Shown here: positions 1 through 8,629 of the stretch, one piece after another | Layout: each line of letters opens with the position of its first letter | Position numbering within the stretch: the first letter of the stretch is position 1 | Assembly (NCBI GenBank): GCA_020725145.1 | Contig: DYFO01000001.1 | Location: forward strand, 46,855 to 110,854 | Reading direction: 5' to 3' | Length of the DNA stretch: 64,000 nucleotides | Origin: Symbiobacterium thermophilum | Lineage (GTDB): Bacteria > Bacillota > Sulfobacillia > UBA995 | Translations under genes and position numbers: made by a program | Notes under the pieces: generated by a model | The model's database searches: none | What the model was told of the DNA's origin: nothing | Seen by the model: the letters and a program-made list of their open reading frames with translations, nothing else

Positions 1-2
1 CC

Positions 3-1283
3 GGGGTATACCTGGGCCAGCCGGCACTGCGGTGGGCCGCCGATCCGGGGGCGGCCCGGCAGGTGATCGAACACCTCAAGACCTTGCGGCCCGCGGACGA
101 GACCGCTCCTCCGGTGCCGTACGCCGTGGTCATGGCCCCGGGCGAGCGGCCGGTGGCACTGGCGCCGAGCGTGGCGGGCCGCCTGAGCCTGTGGCAAAGC
201 GCGTGGCGGATGATCGCCAGGCGCCCGTGGCTTGGGTGGGGATTGGGCAGCTTCGCGCGCGTGTTCCCGGCCTACCAGGCCGACCCCGAGTTCTTCAGCG
301 TGTCCGCCCACAACCATTACCTGCAGTGGTGGGCGGAGACGGGACTACCCGGGCTGGGCGCGCTGGCAGCGGTGGGCGTGTGTGTGCTGCTGGGTCTTAC
401 GCGCAAGCGGCCGTGGGACGGACTTGGGGCCGGAGTGGCCGGCGGGCTGGTGGCCCTGGCCCTGCACCTGGGGCTGGATGTGAACTGGGAGATCCCCGCG
501 GTGGCCCTGCTCTTTTGGGGGGGGCTGGCCTTCGTGCGCGGCGATGTGCCTGCCGACCCCGCCGTGTCACCGCGACCGCGGAGCTGGATCCTGGCCCCGT
601 GCGTCCTGCTGGTGGCGCTGGTCGCGATGCCGTACCTGTCAGGCCTTGCCTATGAGCGGGGAAGGAGCGAGCTGGCCACCGGCAACCTCGGCGAAGCCAT
701 GGCCGGCTTTCGGCAGGCGGCACGGCTGAACCCCCTGGACCCGTTGCCGCTTGCCTTCCAGGCACACTGCCGGCACCTGGCCTGGAGAGGCTCGGCGATG
801 CCAAGGTACCTCGACGACGCCGTCGCCTTGTCGGAGCAGGCGGTACGCCGCGACCCTCACAACGCGGCGCTTCGGAATCAACTCGGCAGGTTGCTGGCGG
901 AGCGGGGTATGGCGCTGGGCCGTCGGGATGACCTTGAACGTGCGCGGTGCGAGCTCGAACGCGCGGTGGCCCTGTTTCCGGGCTGGGCCGCCTTCCGCTA
1001 CGATCTGGCGCTGCTGTGTCGGGAAATGGGAGACGAGGCAGCGGCCTGGAAGGTGACGGAGCTGGTCCTGGGAGAGGAAGCCGCCTTCCGCCGGCCCATA
1101 CCGCCGGCAAGCCGGGAATGGGCCGACCGGCTGTTCGCCGAGATCCGGCTGCTGGCCGTGGAGATCCTCCTGGAACGGGACGAGAGCGACCGGGCCGGGG
1201 AGCTGCTGGACCAGGCCTTGCATCTGGTGCCCGACCACCCGTGGGCGCTCGAGCTCGCCGAACGCATGGGCGGAGAGCCCTAG
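3..1283 (+). CDS. O-antigen ligase (Wzy_C) family membrane protein with C-terminal TPR repeats; 5' end lies outside the window
   Basis: The reading frame is open from base 3, so the gene starts upstream. The WLGWGLGSF...HNHYLQWWAETG motif is typical of the Wzy_C/O-antigen ligase periplasmic loop. The C-terminal half has TPR-like helical repeats (AMAGFRQAARLNP, ALRNQLGRLLAERG). Stop is TAG at 1281-1283. Confidence 0.6.
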   Translation, partial: GVYLGQPALRWAADPGAARQVIEHLKTLRPADETAPPVPYAVVMAPGERPVALAPSVAGRLSLWQSAWRMIARRPWLGWGLGSFARVFPAYQADPEFFSVSAHNHYLQWWAETGLPGLGALAAVGVCVLLGLTRKRPWDGLGAGVAGGLVALALHLGLDVNWEIPAVALLFWGGLAFVRGDVPADPAVSPRPRSWILAPCVLLVALVAMPYLSGLAYERGRSELATGNLGEAMAGFRQAARLNPLDPLPLAFQAHCRHLAWRGSAMPRYLDDAVALSEQAVRRDPHNAALRNQLGRLLAERGMALGRRDDLERARCELERAVALFPGWAAFRYDLALLCREMGDEAAAWKVTELVLGEEAAFRRPIPPASREWADRLFAEIRLLAVEILLERDESDRAGELLDQALHLVPDHPWALELAERMGGEP

Positions 1284-1402
1284 GGAAGGTCGGGCTTCCG
1301 CGGCGGAGAATTCGGAAAAGTCTCCAACCGGGAGGAGTGTTGCCAAAGGCGTCGAATACAATATGGTCCTGTCCCTACCCGCAGAATCAGGGAGGGGTAG
1401 TT

Positions 1403-2443
1403 ATGCTCAAGCTGACAAGGAGCGTCATGCGAGGCGAGGGAGGAGCCGCTCTGGTGGTGACCCTGCTGGTGGCGGTGGTGGGAGTCGTCGCCCTGGGGGC
1501 GACGGCCACGCTGGCCCACGGCACGCTTCGCAGTGCGTCGCAGTGGCGTGACGCCGGCGCCGTGCGGTACGTCGCGGAGTCGGGCATCAACGAGGCGCTG
1601 TACCGGCTCAAGTTCAACGCCTTGGGCGTGTCCCACCGGGTCTACCCGTCCGATCCCCCTTCGTTCAGCAGCAACAGCGGGCTGGTGGGAGACGGTGCGC
1701 GCTACGACGTCTGGGTCTGGGAGGACGTTTCTAACCCGGTGGTCAAACACATCGTCGCGGTCGGCGTGCAGGGGAGCACGCGACAACTGGTCCAGGCCAG
1801 AGCGCGCCCGCTGCAGGAGGCGGGTCCCTTCGTCGGCGACAACCCGGTGGTGGGCCCCGGCGCGTACCTTCCGTTCGTTCCCCCGCCCGCGAATTTGGAC
1901 CCGGTGTACTCGCTTCGCCTTACCAGCCCGAAGACGTACTACCTTGGATATCCGCCGCCAGGCAGTCTTGGCAAGGGCGAGGAGTACATCACGCCTCACC
2001 GCCTGCAGCAGGTCGGTGACAGGATGGTCGCCATCTACTACGTCAACCTGCTCACCATCGACAGCAGAGCCAACGTGGTGATCTGCAACGATCCGGCCAA
2101 CCCCGTTCCCGTGCACATCTGGGTAGCCGGTCTTCCCGACTACCAGCCGGACGTCTACTTCGCCGGCCAGTCCGACATCAACAAGGGTGGTGACCCGACG
2201 CGGCTGGTCATCTGGGTGCCCGGGGAGGCGTCGATCAACATCAACCTTGAGGGACAGAGTGAGTTTGTCGGCTGCATCTACGCCCCCTTGTCGCACATGT
2301 ACATCGCAGGCCAGGCAGCCATGGTGGGCGGCGTGCGAGTCGCGACCCTGGACTGCCAGGGCCAGGCGACTTTCCAGGAGATCGAGGACATCCCCTGGCC
2401 GGATGGCGCCTACCTTGACTACCGGGTAGTGGTCTACGAGTGA
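1403..2443 (+). CDS. PilX-like type IV pilus minor pilin/pseudopilin (PilX_N domain)
   Basis: ATG at 1403 lies 6 nt after a GGGAGGGG RBS. The N-terminus MLKLTRSVMRGEGGAALVVTLLVAVVGVVALGATA is a PilX_N-type hydrophobic helix. The much longer upstream ORF start at 947 overlaps the previous gene and is rejected. Confidence 0.55.
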   Translation: MLKLTRSVMRGEGGAALVVTLLVAVVGVVALGATATLAHGTLRSASQWRDAGAVRYVAESGINEALYRLKFNALGVSHRVYPSDPPSFSSNSGLVGDGARYDVWVWEDVSNPVVKHIVAVGVQGSTRQLVQARARPLQEAGPFVGDNPVVGPGAYLPFVPPPANLDPVYSLRLTSPKTYYLGYPPPGSLGKGEEYITPHRLQQVGDRMVAIYYVNLLTIDSRANVVICNDPANPVPVHIWVAGLPDYQPDVYFAGQSDINKGGDPTRLVIWVPGEASININLEGQSEFVGCIYAPLSHMYIAGQAAMVGGVRVATLDCQGQATFQEIEDIPWPDGAYLDYRVVVYE

Positions 2444-2844
2444 GGCGTGGCGGCTCGGGCGAGGCCGGGCTCACTCTCGTTGAGCTGGTCATCGCCACCT
2501 TCGTGCTGGCGCTTGCCGTGCTCGCTGTGCTCTACGGCATGACCGCCACGCTGGCCTCCATCCGCGTGGGCGAGGATACGGCCGTAGCCGCCTCGCTGCT
2601 GCGGCAGGCGGTTGAGGAGACCAAGCTTGAACCCTTCGACGCGCTGGCCGATGTCACTTGGTTCGGTTACCAGGGAATGCCGTACGACGTAGAGCGCACG
2701 GTGACGGTGGCCATGACCAATCCCAACGCCCCCGGGCGGGCGGAGGTCAAGCAGGTAGAGCTGCGGGTGTACCGCCAGCCCCGATCCCGGTACCCCGAGC
2801 CGGTGGCGGTCTGGACTTTCCTCGTCTACCGGGGGGGGATATAG
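2440..2844 (+). CDS. Prepilin-type N-terminal cleavage/methylation domain protein (PilV-like minor pilin)
   Basis: GTG start overlaps the previous stop (GTGA). The N-terminus ...EAGLTLVELVIATFVLALAVLAVL matches the G-[FL]-T-L-[IV]-E class III signal and hydrophobic helix. Confidence 0.6.
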   Translation: MRRGGSGEAGLTLVELVIATFVLALAVLAVLYGMTATLASIRVGEDTAVAASLLRQAVEETKLEPFDALADVTWFGYQGMPYDVERTVTVAMTNPNAPGRAEVKQVELRVYRQPRSRYPEPVAVWTFLVYRGGI

Positions 2845-3411
2845 GTGCGGCAGGCCCGCGGCGAGGAAGGTTACTCCCTCATGGAGGTCAGCATCGCCGC
2901 CGGGCTGTTCTTCATGCTGCTGGCGGGGGCGCTTGCCCTGTACTCGGCCCAAAACCGCCTGGGTTGGATAAGCCGGGGGCAGTACGACCTCCAGGCCTCG
3001 GCGCAAAAGCTCCTGGAGGAGATGGTCGAGGGCGAAAGAAGGACCTGGGCGGGTGCGACGGTCAGGGGTCTACGCTATGCGTCCGCCGTGGCGGTAAGCG
3101 AACAGGGCCTGTGCTTCCGCACCGCCAATCACGTGGTGACCTACTACCTGGAGGGCACCACCATCTTTCGCCGCGTGGAGGCTGCCTACCCCGAACCGTT
3201 GCAGGTGGTTGCCGAGGGCGGCTCACCGGTGTTGCAGCAGGTCACCCGCTTTGAAGCCGTAAGCGAGGAGCACCCGATCACTCTGGGGGACGGTTCGCAG
3301 AGCCGTGCCCTCACCGTCAGCATCCGGCTCGACGTGCGCAAGGATGTCGAACAGGATATCTCTCTGCGCACCAACGTACGCCTGCGCAACTGGTTCCCCC
3401 CCGGCTCCTGA
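2845..3411 (+). CDS. Pseudopilin (PilW-like) with prepilin-type N-terminus
   Basis: It starts immediately after the PilV-like stop. GYSLMEVSIAAGLFFMLLAGALAL is a prepilin-type motif. Confidence 0.55.
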   Translation: MRQARGEEGYSLMEVSIAAGLFFMLLAGALALYSAQNRLGWISRGQYDLQASAQKLLEEMVEGERRTWAGATVRGLRYASAVAVSEQGLCFRTANHVVTYYLEGTTIFRRVEAAYPEPLQVVAEGGSPVLQQVTRFEAVSEEHPITLGDGSQSRALTVSIRLDVRKDVEQDISLRTNVRLRNWFPPGS

Positions 3412-3504
3412 CCCCGTGTCGATCCCCTGACAGCCTTCGCGGGAGGAGATCGGTCGGCACCCGCCTAACCGCCGGGCCATTCCGTGTCACGGGGGAATGC
3501 GCCG

Positions 3505-4188
3505 ATGGCATCGTCACGCACGCGGGTCCTGCTTGTGCTGCTCACCTTGTCGCTCACCCTGCTAAACTCCGGCTGCCGGTCGGTTGACGGCACCTTTGCC
3601 TTCATCCTGGTCGACGAGGCCTCAAGTCACGCACTGGAAGCGGCTCCGGTAGACGATACCCGGACGGCGGAGTTCAGCTTCAATCCGGACACCGGGGCGC
3701 TCGCGGTGAGCCGGCGGGCACTCGTACCCGGCCCGGGTGCCCGCGCGGTGATCGCCTACCATGCCCGGGGGAGGGGAGTAACCCTCGCCCAGCAGCTCAG
3801 CAGCCTCAAGAGGTTCCCGTGGGTGCTAAGGCTTTCCGAGCCCTTGCGCCTGGAGGGAGAGGTGCGCGACCTCGACGGCACCTACCTGGGCACGCAAAAC
3901 GTGGTCAACAACCAAGAACGCCTGGTCCCGTTCGACCTGCACTTCCTGGGACTGGACGCCGAGGGAGTGCTGAGGTTCCGCGCCGGTCAGGAGGAGGTCC
4001 GGCTTGCCCCCGGCGAGAGCTGGCTGGTTGCCTTCATCCGCGAAGGCGACGCGGTGCGCTGCCTGCGATGGGACGCCGACTGGGAAGCCGCCCGCGAGGC
4101 CCTGTCGGAAAACCAACCGCTGACCCGACTGGAGGTGATCCACCATGGCTTTTGGCAGCGCCACAAGGTACGGGTTGGCACGCGTTAG
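3505..4188 (+). CDS. Lipoprotein of unknown function
   Basis: ATG at 3505 lies 8 nt after GGGGGAA. The signal peptide MASSRTRVLLVLLTLSLTLLNSGC carries a lipobox (LNSG-C). The ORF-track start at 3484 is an alternative. Confidence 0.5.
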   Translation: MASSRTRVLLVLLTLSLTLLNSGCRSVDGTFAFILVDEASSHALEAAPVDDTRTAEFSFNPDTGALAVSRRALVPGPGARAVIAYHARGRGVTLAQQLSSLKRFPWVLRLSEPLRLEGEVRDLDGTYLGTQNVVNNQERLVPFDLHFLGLDAEGVLRFRAGQEEVRLAPGESWLVAFIREGDAVRCLRWDADWEAAREALSENQPLTRLEVIHHGFWQRHKVRVGTR

Positions 4189-6988
4189 ATCGCGCGCCGC
4201 GCTGGCCCTGCTGGTCGCGGTGTGCCTGGCAAGACCGGCCGGTGCGGCCGAGTTAAGGCAACACCTGCCCATGCCGGAACGGGTGCCCGTGGTGTTGGTG
4301 CCCGGCCTGGGCGGGGATGCCCGTGCCACCTGGGGACGTCCTCCCGAGTCCCGGCGTTCCGGGACGGGCCTGGTAGGGTACCTCGTGGGTCTGGGCTACG
4401 AAGAGGGCCGGGACCTCTTCCTGCTGGACTACTCGCGGGTGGAGGAGCCCGACTGCGTCCGGCTCGCCGCCTGTGAGCTGGCCCGGCGGCTTGACGACGT
4501 CCGTGAGCGGACGGGTTCCGCCCTGGTCGACCTGGTAAGCTACGGTTACGGCGGTCTCATCTGCCGCTACTACCTCCAGCTACCCGGGCAGGCGGCCGGA
4601 GTGCGCACGCTGGTGATGATCTCGCCTCCCAACCGCGGTTCCTTCAGCGCCCACCTGCTCAAGGTGGCCATCGAGCAGGCCCGCCAGCAGCCGTGGCCGG
4701 CCACGCCGTCCGCCGGCGCCCCCGCCACTGCCGCCTCGTTCGTGAACGCCGCAGCCTACCTTGAGGAACGCACGGTGGCCTACGGCATGCTGTACGGCGA
4801 GTACCTGGCGGAAACGGAGCTTTTGGGCGGACCCGGTCGCGACGCCCAGGGGCGGGCGGTGGCCTTCGCCGAGTGGCTGGCCCTGGCACGCCCCGAGCTC
4901 TTCCGGTGCTGGTTCCTGGAAGGTCAGCTCCCGCCCCGCGAGCCGCCGTCTTGCCCCGAGATCCCGCCCGGCGAGGGCGAAGCCCTGACCCGTGCCTACT
5001 ACGAGTGGCTTGCCCTGGAGACGGGAGTCCACCATTACCTGAAGGCGGCCACGCGCCGGACGGTCAGCTTCCCCTCCCCTCCCGCCTCGCTGCTCGGCTC
5101 GCCTGACCTGCGCCAGGCCATCTGGGAGTACCTGAGGACGGTGGTACTGAAATATGTGTACCCGCGGGCGGTCGGCTACGTTGAGGAGAACTGGGCCAAA
5201 CTGGCGCTCGAGGTGCTTTGCGCCCTCAACCCCCGCATGACCGACGAGGTAGCGCTGGAGCGCCTGGTGCCCGAGCGCCTGCGGTACCCGGCGGGGCCCG
5301 ACGCCGTGGGGCGCCCGACCTACCACGGGCTGGTGGCGAACCACTTCCTGCTCACGTGGAACCGGCAGGAAAGCTCACGGGTCGCCGGCCCGCGCTATGT
5401 GGTCATCGCCGGGCGCACCCTCAACCTCGCCGGCCGGCTCTGGAGGGGGGTAGGGGACAACGACCTGGTGGTGGAGCTGGAGTCCACCCTGGTACCGCTG
5501 GCACCGGACGACTGCCTGCATGTGTTCGGCGGTCTGTGGCGGGGCAACCACCTTGCGCTCCTTTACGACCCTCGGGTGCACCGGGCGGTGGGTGAGGTCC
5601 TGCAGACGGTGCGCCGGGCGGACCACCGGACTGCCGTGCCCCTGCGGCCCACCTCCTGGCAGACGCACGGGCGGGGGCACGCCGGTGCCTGGCAACCCAC
5701 CTACTTGCGGATCACGGGCGAGGAGGGACTCGACGGCGGTGTCCGCATCACCCTCACCGCCGGGCAGCCACGCGCCGCCACCGCAGCCAACCTTGCCTAC
5801 CATGCCTGGGCCCACGTCCTGGCGCGGGACGGCACGGTGCTCAGGACACAGAAGATGTCCTTCCAGCAGCGAGGTCCCCTTTTTGAGGCGGAGCTCGACC
5901 TGCCGGTGCCGGGCACCCCGGAGTGCCACGAGCTGCTCATCGGGGTGAAGCTGGTGCCGCTTCCGCGGCCCGGCGAGGGACATGCCCCCGGAGACGATGA
6001 TGGCGTGGCGGCGCCGGCCCGTGACCCCTGGGCCGCCGCCCTGCTGGCGTCGGGGGGCAAATCCCTGGGGTTCAGTTACCGGGTAAGCCGCGTCCCCTTC
6101 CCTCCGGCGGGGACGGCGGGCGACGCTTCGCCAGGACCGGACACGCCCCCGCCCCGGCCGGACGACGTTGAAGGCGCGACGGCCCCGGGCACCGAAACCC
6201 GGCCGACCGCCGAGGCACCCGCGGCAACCAACGTCAGGGCGGCCTCGCCGCAAACGGCCCAGGTCCCTGCCGGCGGGACAGTCGCGGCCCAAGACGCCGG
6301 CGCCACCCCTCCGCCGGGCCCGGCGGGACCCCTTCCCGGCCCCGCGGACACCACCGGGCTGCGCGAGGCGTCCGGCACCACCGGGCAGCCACCGCGCATC
6401 GAGGTGAAGACCGTGCGGAAGTTGACCACACAGAAAAAGGAGTCACGCACCTACCACGTGCGCTGGGAGTGGGAGCTCGGCGACGGCCGACGTCTGGTGG
6501 AGGAGGAGGCGGGACGCCTGGTGGCCACGCTGACTCCCGAATACACCGCCGCCGGCAGCTACACCGTGCGTGCCTTCTCCTTCAGCAACCAGGGGCAGAT
6601 CCTGCGAGAGCAACGCTGGACGCTGAACGTCCCAGCGGGCGCCGGGCCGGACCGGCCGTGGACGGGGCCGACGCTGAGGACGGAGACCATCGGCGAGCCG
6701 CGGGTGGTGGTGGCACTGGAAGGGCCGGCCACCTGGGTGACCGGCCGACCGGCCGCCTTCCGGGTGCGGGCGTGGGTGGATGAGCCCGCTCACGGCCGCA
6801 TCGTCGAGGTCACCGCCGACCCGGGTTGGCACTTCGAGGTGCTGTGGGAACGTCCCGGCACCTACGCGGTGGCCGCGGCGGTGAGCGTCAAGGTCAACTA
6901 CTCCCTGGCAGGGCGGTCAATGACCTTCACCAACACCTACCTGCACGGTGTCAAGGTGGACGTGGCGGTGCCGGCGATGAGCCGCTAG
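4145..6988 (+). CDS. Large secreted alpha/beta-hydrolase (PGAP1/lipase-like) protein with a Pro/Ala-rich linker and a C-terminal PKD/Ig-like beta domain
   Basis: GGAGGTGA RBS lies 8 nt upstream of ATG 4145. The signal peptide ends ...ALALLVAVCLARPAGAAE. The VVLVPGLGGD and LVDLVSYGYGGL motifs resemble the lipase GHSMGG box. Residues ~640-760 are low-complexity (P/A/G/T-rich). The C-terminus (TYHVRWEWELGDG...YTVRAFSFSNQG) is PKD-like. Confidence 0.6.
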   Translation: MAFGSATRYGLARVRSRAALALLVAVCLARPAGAAELRQHLPMPERVPVVLVPGLGGDARATWGRPPESRRSGTGLVGYLVGLGYEEGRDLFLLDYSRVEEPDCVRLAACELARRLDDVRERTGSALVDLVSYGYGGLICRYYLQLPGQAAGVRTLVMISPPNRGSFSAHLLKVAIEQARQQPWPATPSAGAPATAASFVNAAAYLEERTVAYGMLYGEYLAETELLGGPGRDAQGRAVAFAEWLALARPELFRCWFLEGQLPPREPPSCPEIPPGEGEALTRAYYEWLALETGVHHYLKAATRRTVSFPSPPASLLGSPDLRQAIWEYLRTVVLKYVYPRAVGYVEENWAKLALEVLCALNPRMTDEVALERLVPERLRYPAGPDAVGRPTYHGLVANHFLLTWNRQESSRVAGPRYVVIAGRTLNLAGRLWRGVGDNDLVVELESTLVPLAPDDCLHVFGGLWRGNHLALLYDPRVHRAVGEVLQTVRRADHRTAVPLRPTSWQTHGRGHAGAWQPTYLRITGEEGLDGGVRITLTAGQPRAATAANLAYHAWAHVLARDGTVLRTQKMSFQQRGPLFEAELDLPVPGTPECHELLIGVKLVPLPRPGEGHAPGDDDGVAAPARDPWAAALLASGGKSLGFSYRVSRVPFPPAGTAGDASPGPDTPPPRPDDVEGATAPGTETRPTAEAPAATNVRAASPQTAQVPAGGTVAAQDAGATPPPGPAGPLPGPADTTGLREASGTTGQPPRIEVKTVRKLTTQKKESRTYHVRWEWELGDGRRLVEEEAGRLVATLTPEYTAAGSYTVRAFSFSNQGQILREQRWTLNVPAGAGPDRPWTGPTLRTETIGEPRVVVALEGPATWVTGRPAAFRVRAWVDEPAHGRIVEVTADPGWHFEVLWERPGTYAVAAAVSVKVNYSLAGRSMTFTNTYLHGVKVDVAVPAMSR

Positions 6989-7117
6989 GTCGGTGCAGAT
7001 CACCAGGGCCGGAAAAGGTGCGGTGTACGCCGCCGGCGAATTCCCCGTCCCAATGGCGGAGGCACCCAGGTTGGTTGCGGGCCGCATGGCGAAGATGGCC
7101 GTACCCCTCGGGAGAAG

Positions 7118-8125
7118 GTGATAAGCCGGGTGCGCGGGTGGACGCGCCGCCGAACTTATCTTGTCGTGGTCATCATCCTGCTATTGCTCACCGGAACCGC
7201 CGGCTATATGGTCTTCGAGGACCTGGGGCTGTTCGAGGCCTTGTACCTCGTTACCATGACCGTTTCCACCGTCGGCTACGGCGACGTCCACCCCGTGACC
7301 GTGGCGGGACGGATGCTGACGCTGCTCCTGGTTCCCCTGGGTCTCTTGGTTGTCTTCGGGCTGGGGGTGGCCACCGTAGCGGACAGGCTCGACGACCTGG
7401 TGTTAAGGGGCGGGGCAGGCGCCATGGAACGCAAGCTGGCCGGGCTCAAAGACCATTTCATCGTCTGTGGCTACGGGCGTCTTGGCCAGGCGACGGTAGC
7501 CACCTTGCGCAGGCTGGGTGGCCAGGTGGTAGCCATCGACCTCGATCGCGAACGCTTTGGGCAGGCCCCTTCCGGTTTTCTGTATCTGGTCGGGGATGCG
7601 CTGCGCGATGAGATCCTGCTCAAGGCGGGTATTCGACGGGCACGGGCCGTCATCTCTACCTTCAGCGACGACGTGCTGAACGTGTACCTTGCCCTTGAGG
7701 CGCGCGATCTTGCTCCCGACGTGGAAGTGCTCTCCACCGCCTCGGATCACGAGGCTACCCGCCGGCTCCAACAGGCAGGTGTCGACCGGGTGGTCTCGCC
7801 CCAGACGCTGGGAGGGGAGATGCTGGCCAAGAGCGCCTTCAACCCCGGAGTGTACCAGCTCATGTCTGACGTCATGTGGGGGGCGCTCCCCGCCGCCACC
7901 ATCGCCCAGGTAGTGGTAGCCCCATCCTCGGTGCTGGCCGGTCGCACCCTGGGCGATTTCCGGGAGCTCGGGGTGGCGGCCCGTGTGCTGCTCGTGCGCA
8001 CACCGAAATCCACGGTGCTTTCGCCGTCGGGCGATCTTCGGCTTGATCCGGGTTCGATCATGGTAGTGATCGGCGAGGGCCCGGAAGTTGCGAAGCTAGA
8101 GCGCCTTGCCGGGCCCAAGCTTTGA
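7118..8125 (+). CDS. Potassium channel with C-terminal RCK/TrkA-N domain (MthK/Kch-like)
   Basis: The TVGYGD selectivity filter sits between two TM helices. HFIVCGYGRLGQ is a Rossmann GxGxxG motif of a TrkA-N/RCK domain. GTG 7130 is an alternative start. Confidence 0.8.
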   Translation: MISRVRGWTRRRTYLVVVIILLLLTGTAGYMVFEDLGLFEALYLVTMTVSTVGYGDVHPVTVAGRMLTLLLVPLGLLVVFGLGVATVADRLDDLVLRGGAGAMERKLAGLKDHFIVCGYGRLGQATVATLRRLGGQVVAIDLDRERFGQAPSGFLYLVGDALRDEILLKAGIRRARAVISTFSDDVLNVYLALEARDLAPDVEVLSTASDHEATRRLQQAGVDRVVSPQTLGGEMLAKSAFNPGVYQLMSDVMWGALPAATIAQVVVAPSSVLAGRTLGDFRELGVAARVLLVRTPKSTVLSPSGDLRLDPGSIMVVIGEGPEVAKLERLAGPKL

Positions 8126-8128
8126 TCC

Positions 8129-8629
8129 CTAGGCCTGCCGCCACTGCACCTTCATAGGGACCAGCACCAGCGAGACGGCGGTGAAGGCCGCGAGCATTGC
8201 CAGGTCGGTCCGCAGCGCCCCCAGGGGTGCTCCACCCACCGCCAACCGCAGGGCCCGGGCTGCATAAGTGGTGGGGAAGGCCATGGAGGTGTAGCGCAGG
8301 AAAGCGGGCAACCGTTCCAGGGGGAGGTAGACGGGGGCGAAGAGGATGATAACCGTGTTCAATATTTGGGTGGCCAGGCTTGCCACCTGGGCGGTCGGGC
8401 TCCAAAAGCCGATCAATGCCCCCAGTCCCGACATGCCGTAGGCGGAAAGCACGAGCACGCCGCAGGCGGCCAGACCGAAGTGCAGGCCCAAAAGGTACCG
8501 GCCGGCGAGGCCGACCATCAGTACCGAGGGGAGGGTGAGCAACACGCCACGGGTGGCGATCACGGCAATGAAGACCCGCCGTGAGATGGGCAGAGCCGCG
8601 TAGTGTTCGAAAGCGTTCGTCTGCTTGAG
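8129..8629 (-). pseudogene. ABC-2 type transporter permease segment, in the same frame as the upstream ATPase ORF but separated from it by an in-frame TAG at 8630-8632
   Basis: Read-through translation gives ...LGQRLG*LKQTNAFEHYAALPISRRVFIAVIATRGVLLTLPSVLMVGLAG..., a continuous multi-TM permease. The first internal start (GTG) is at 8563. Confidence 0.45.

Noticed and set aside
947-1402. Long 5' extension of the PilX-like ORF (start 947) overlapping the O-antigen-ligase/TPR gene.
   Set aside because: The extension is Arg/Gly-rich with no signal peptide. ATG 1403 has a strong RBS and gives the expected PilX_N hydrophobic N-terminus.
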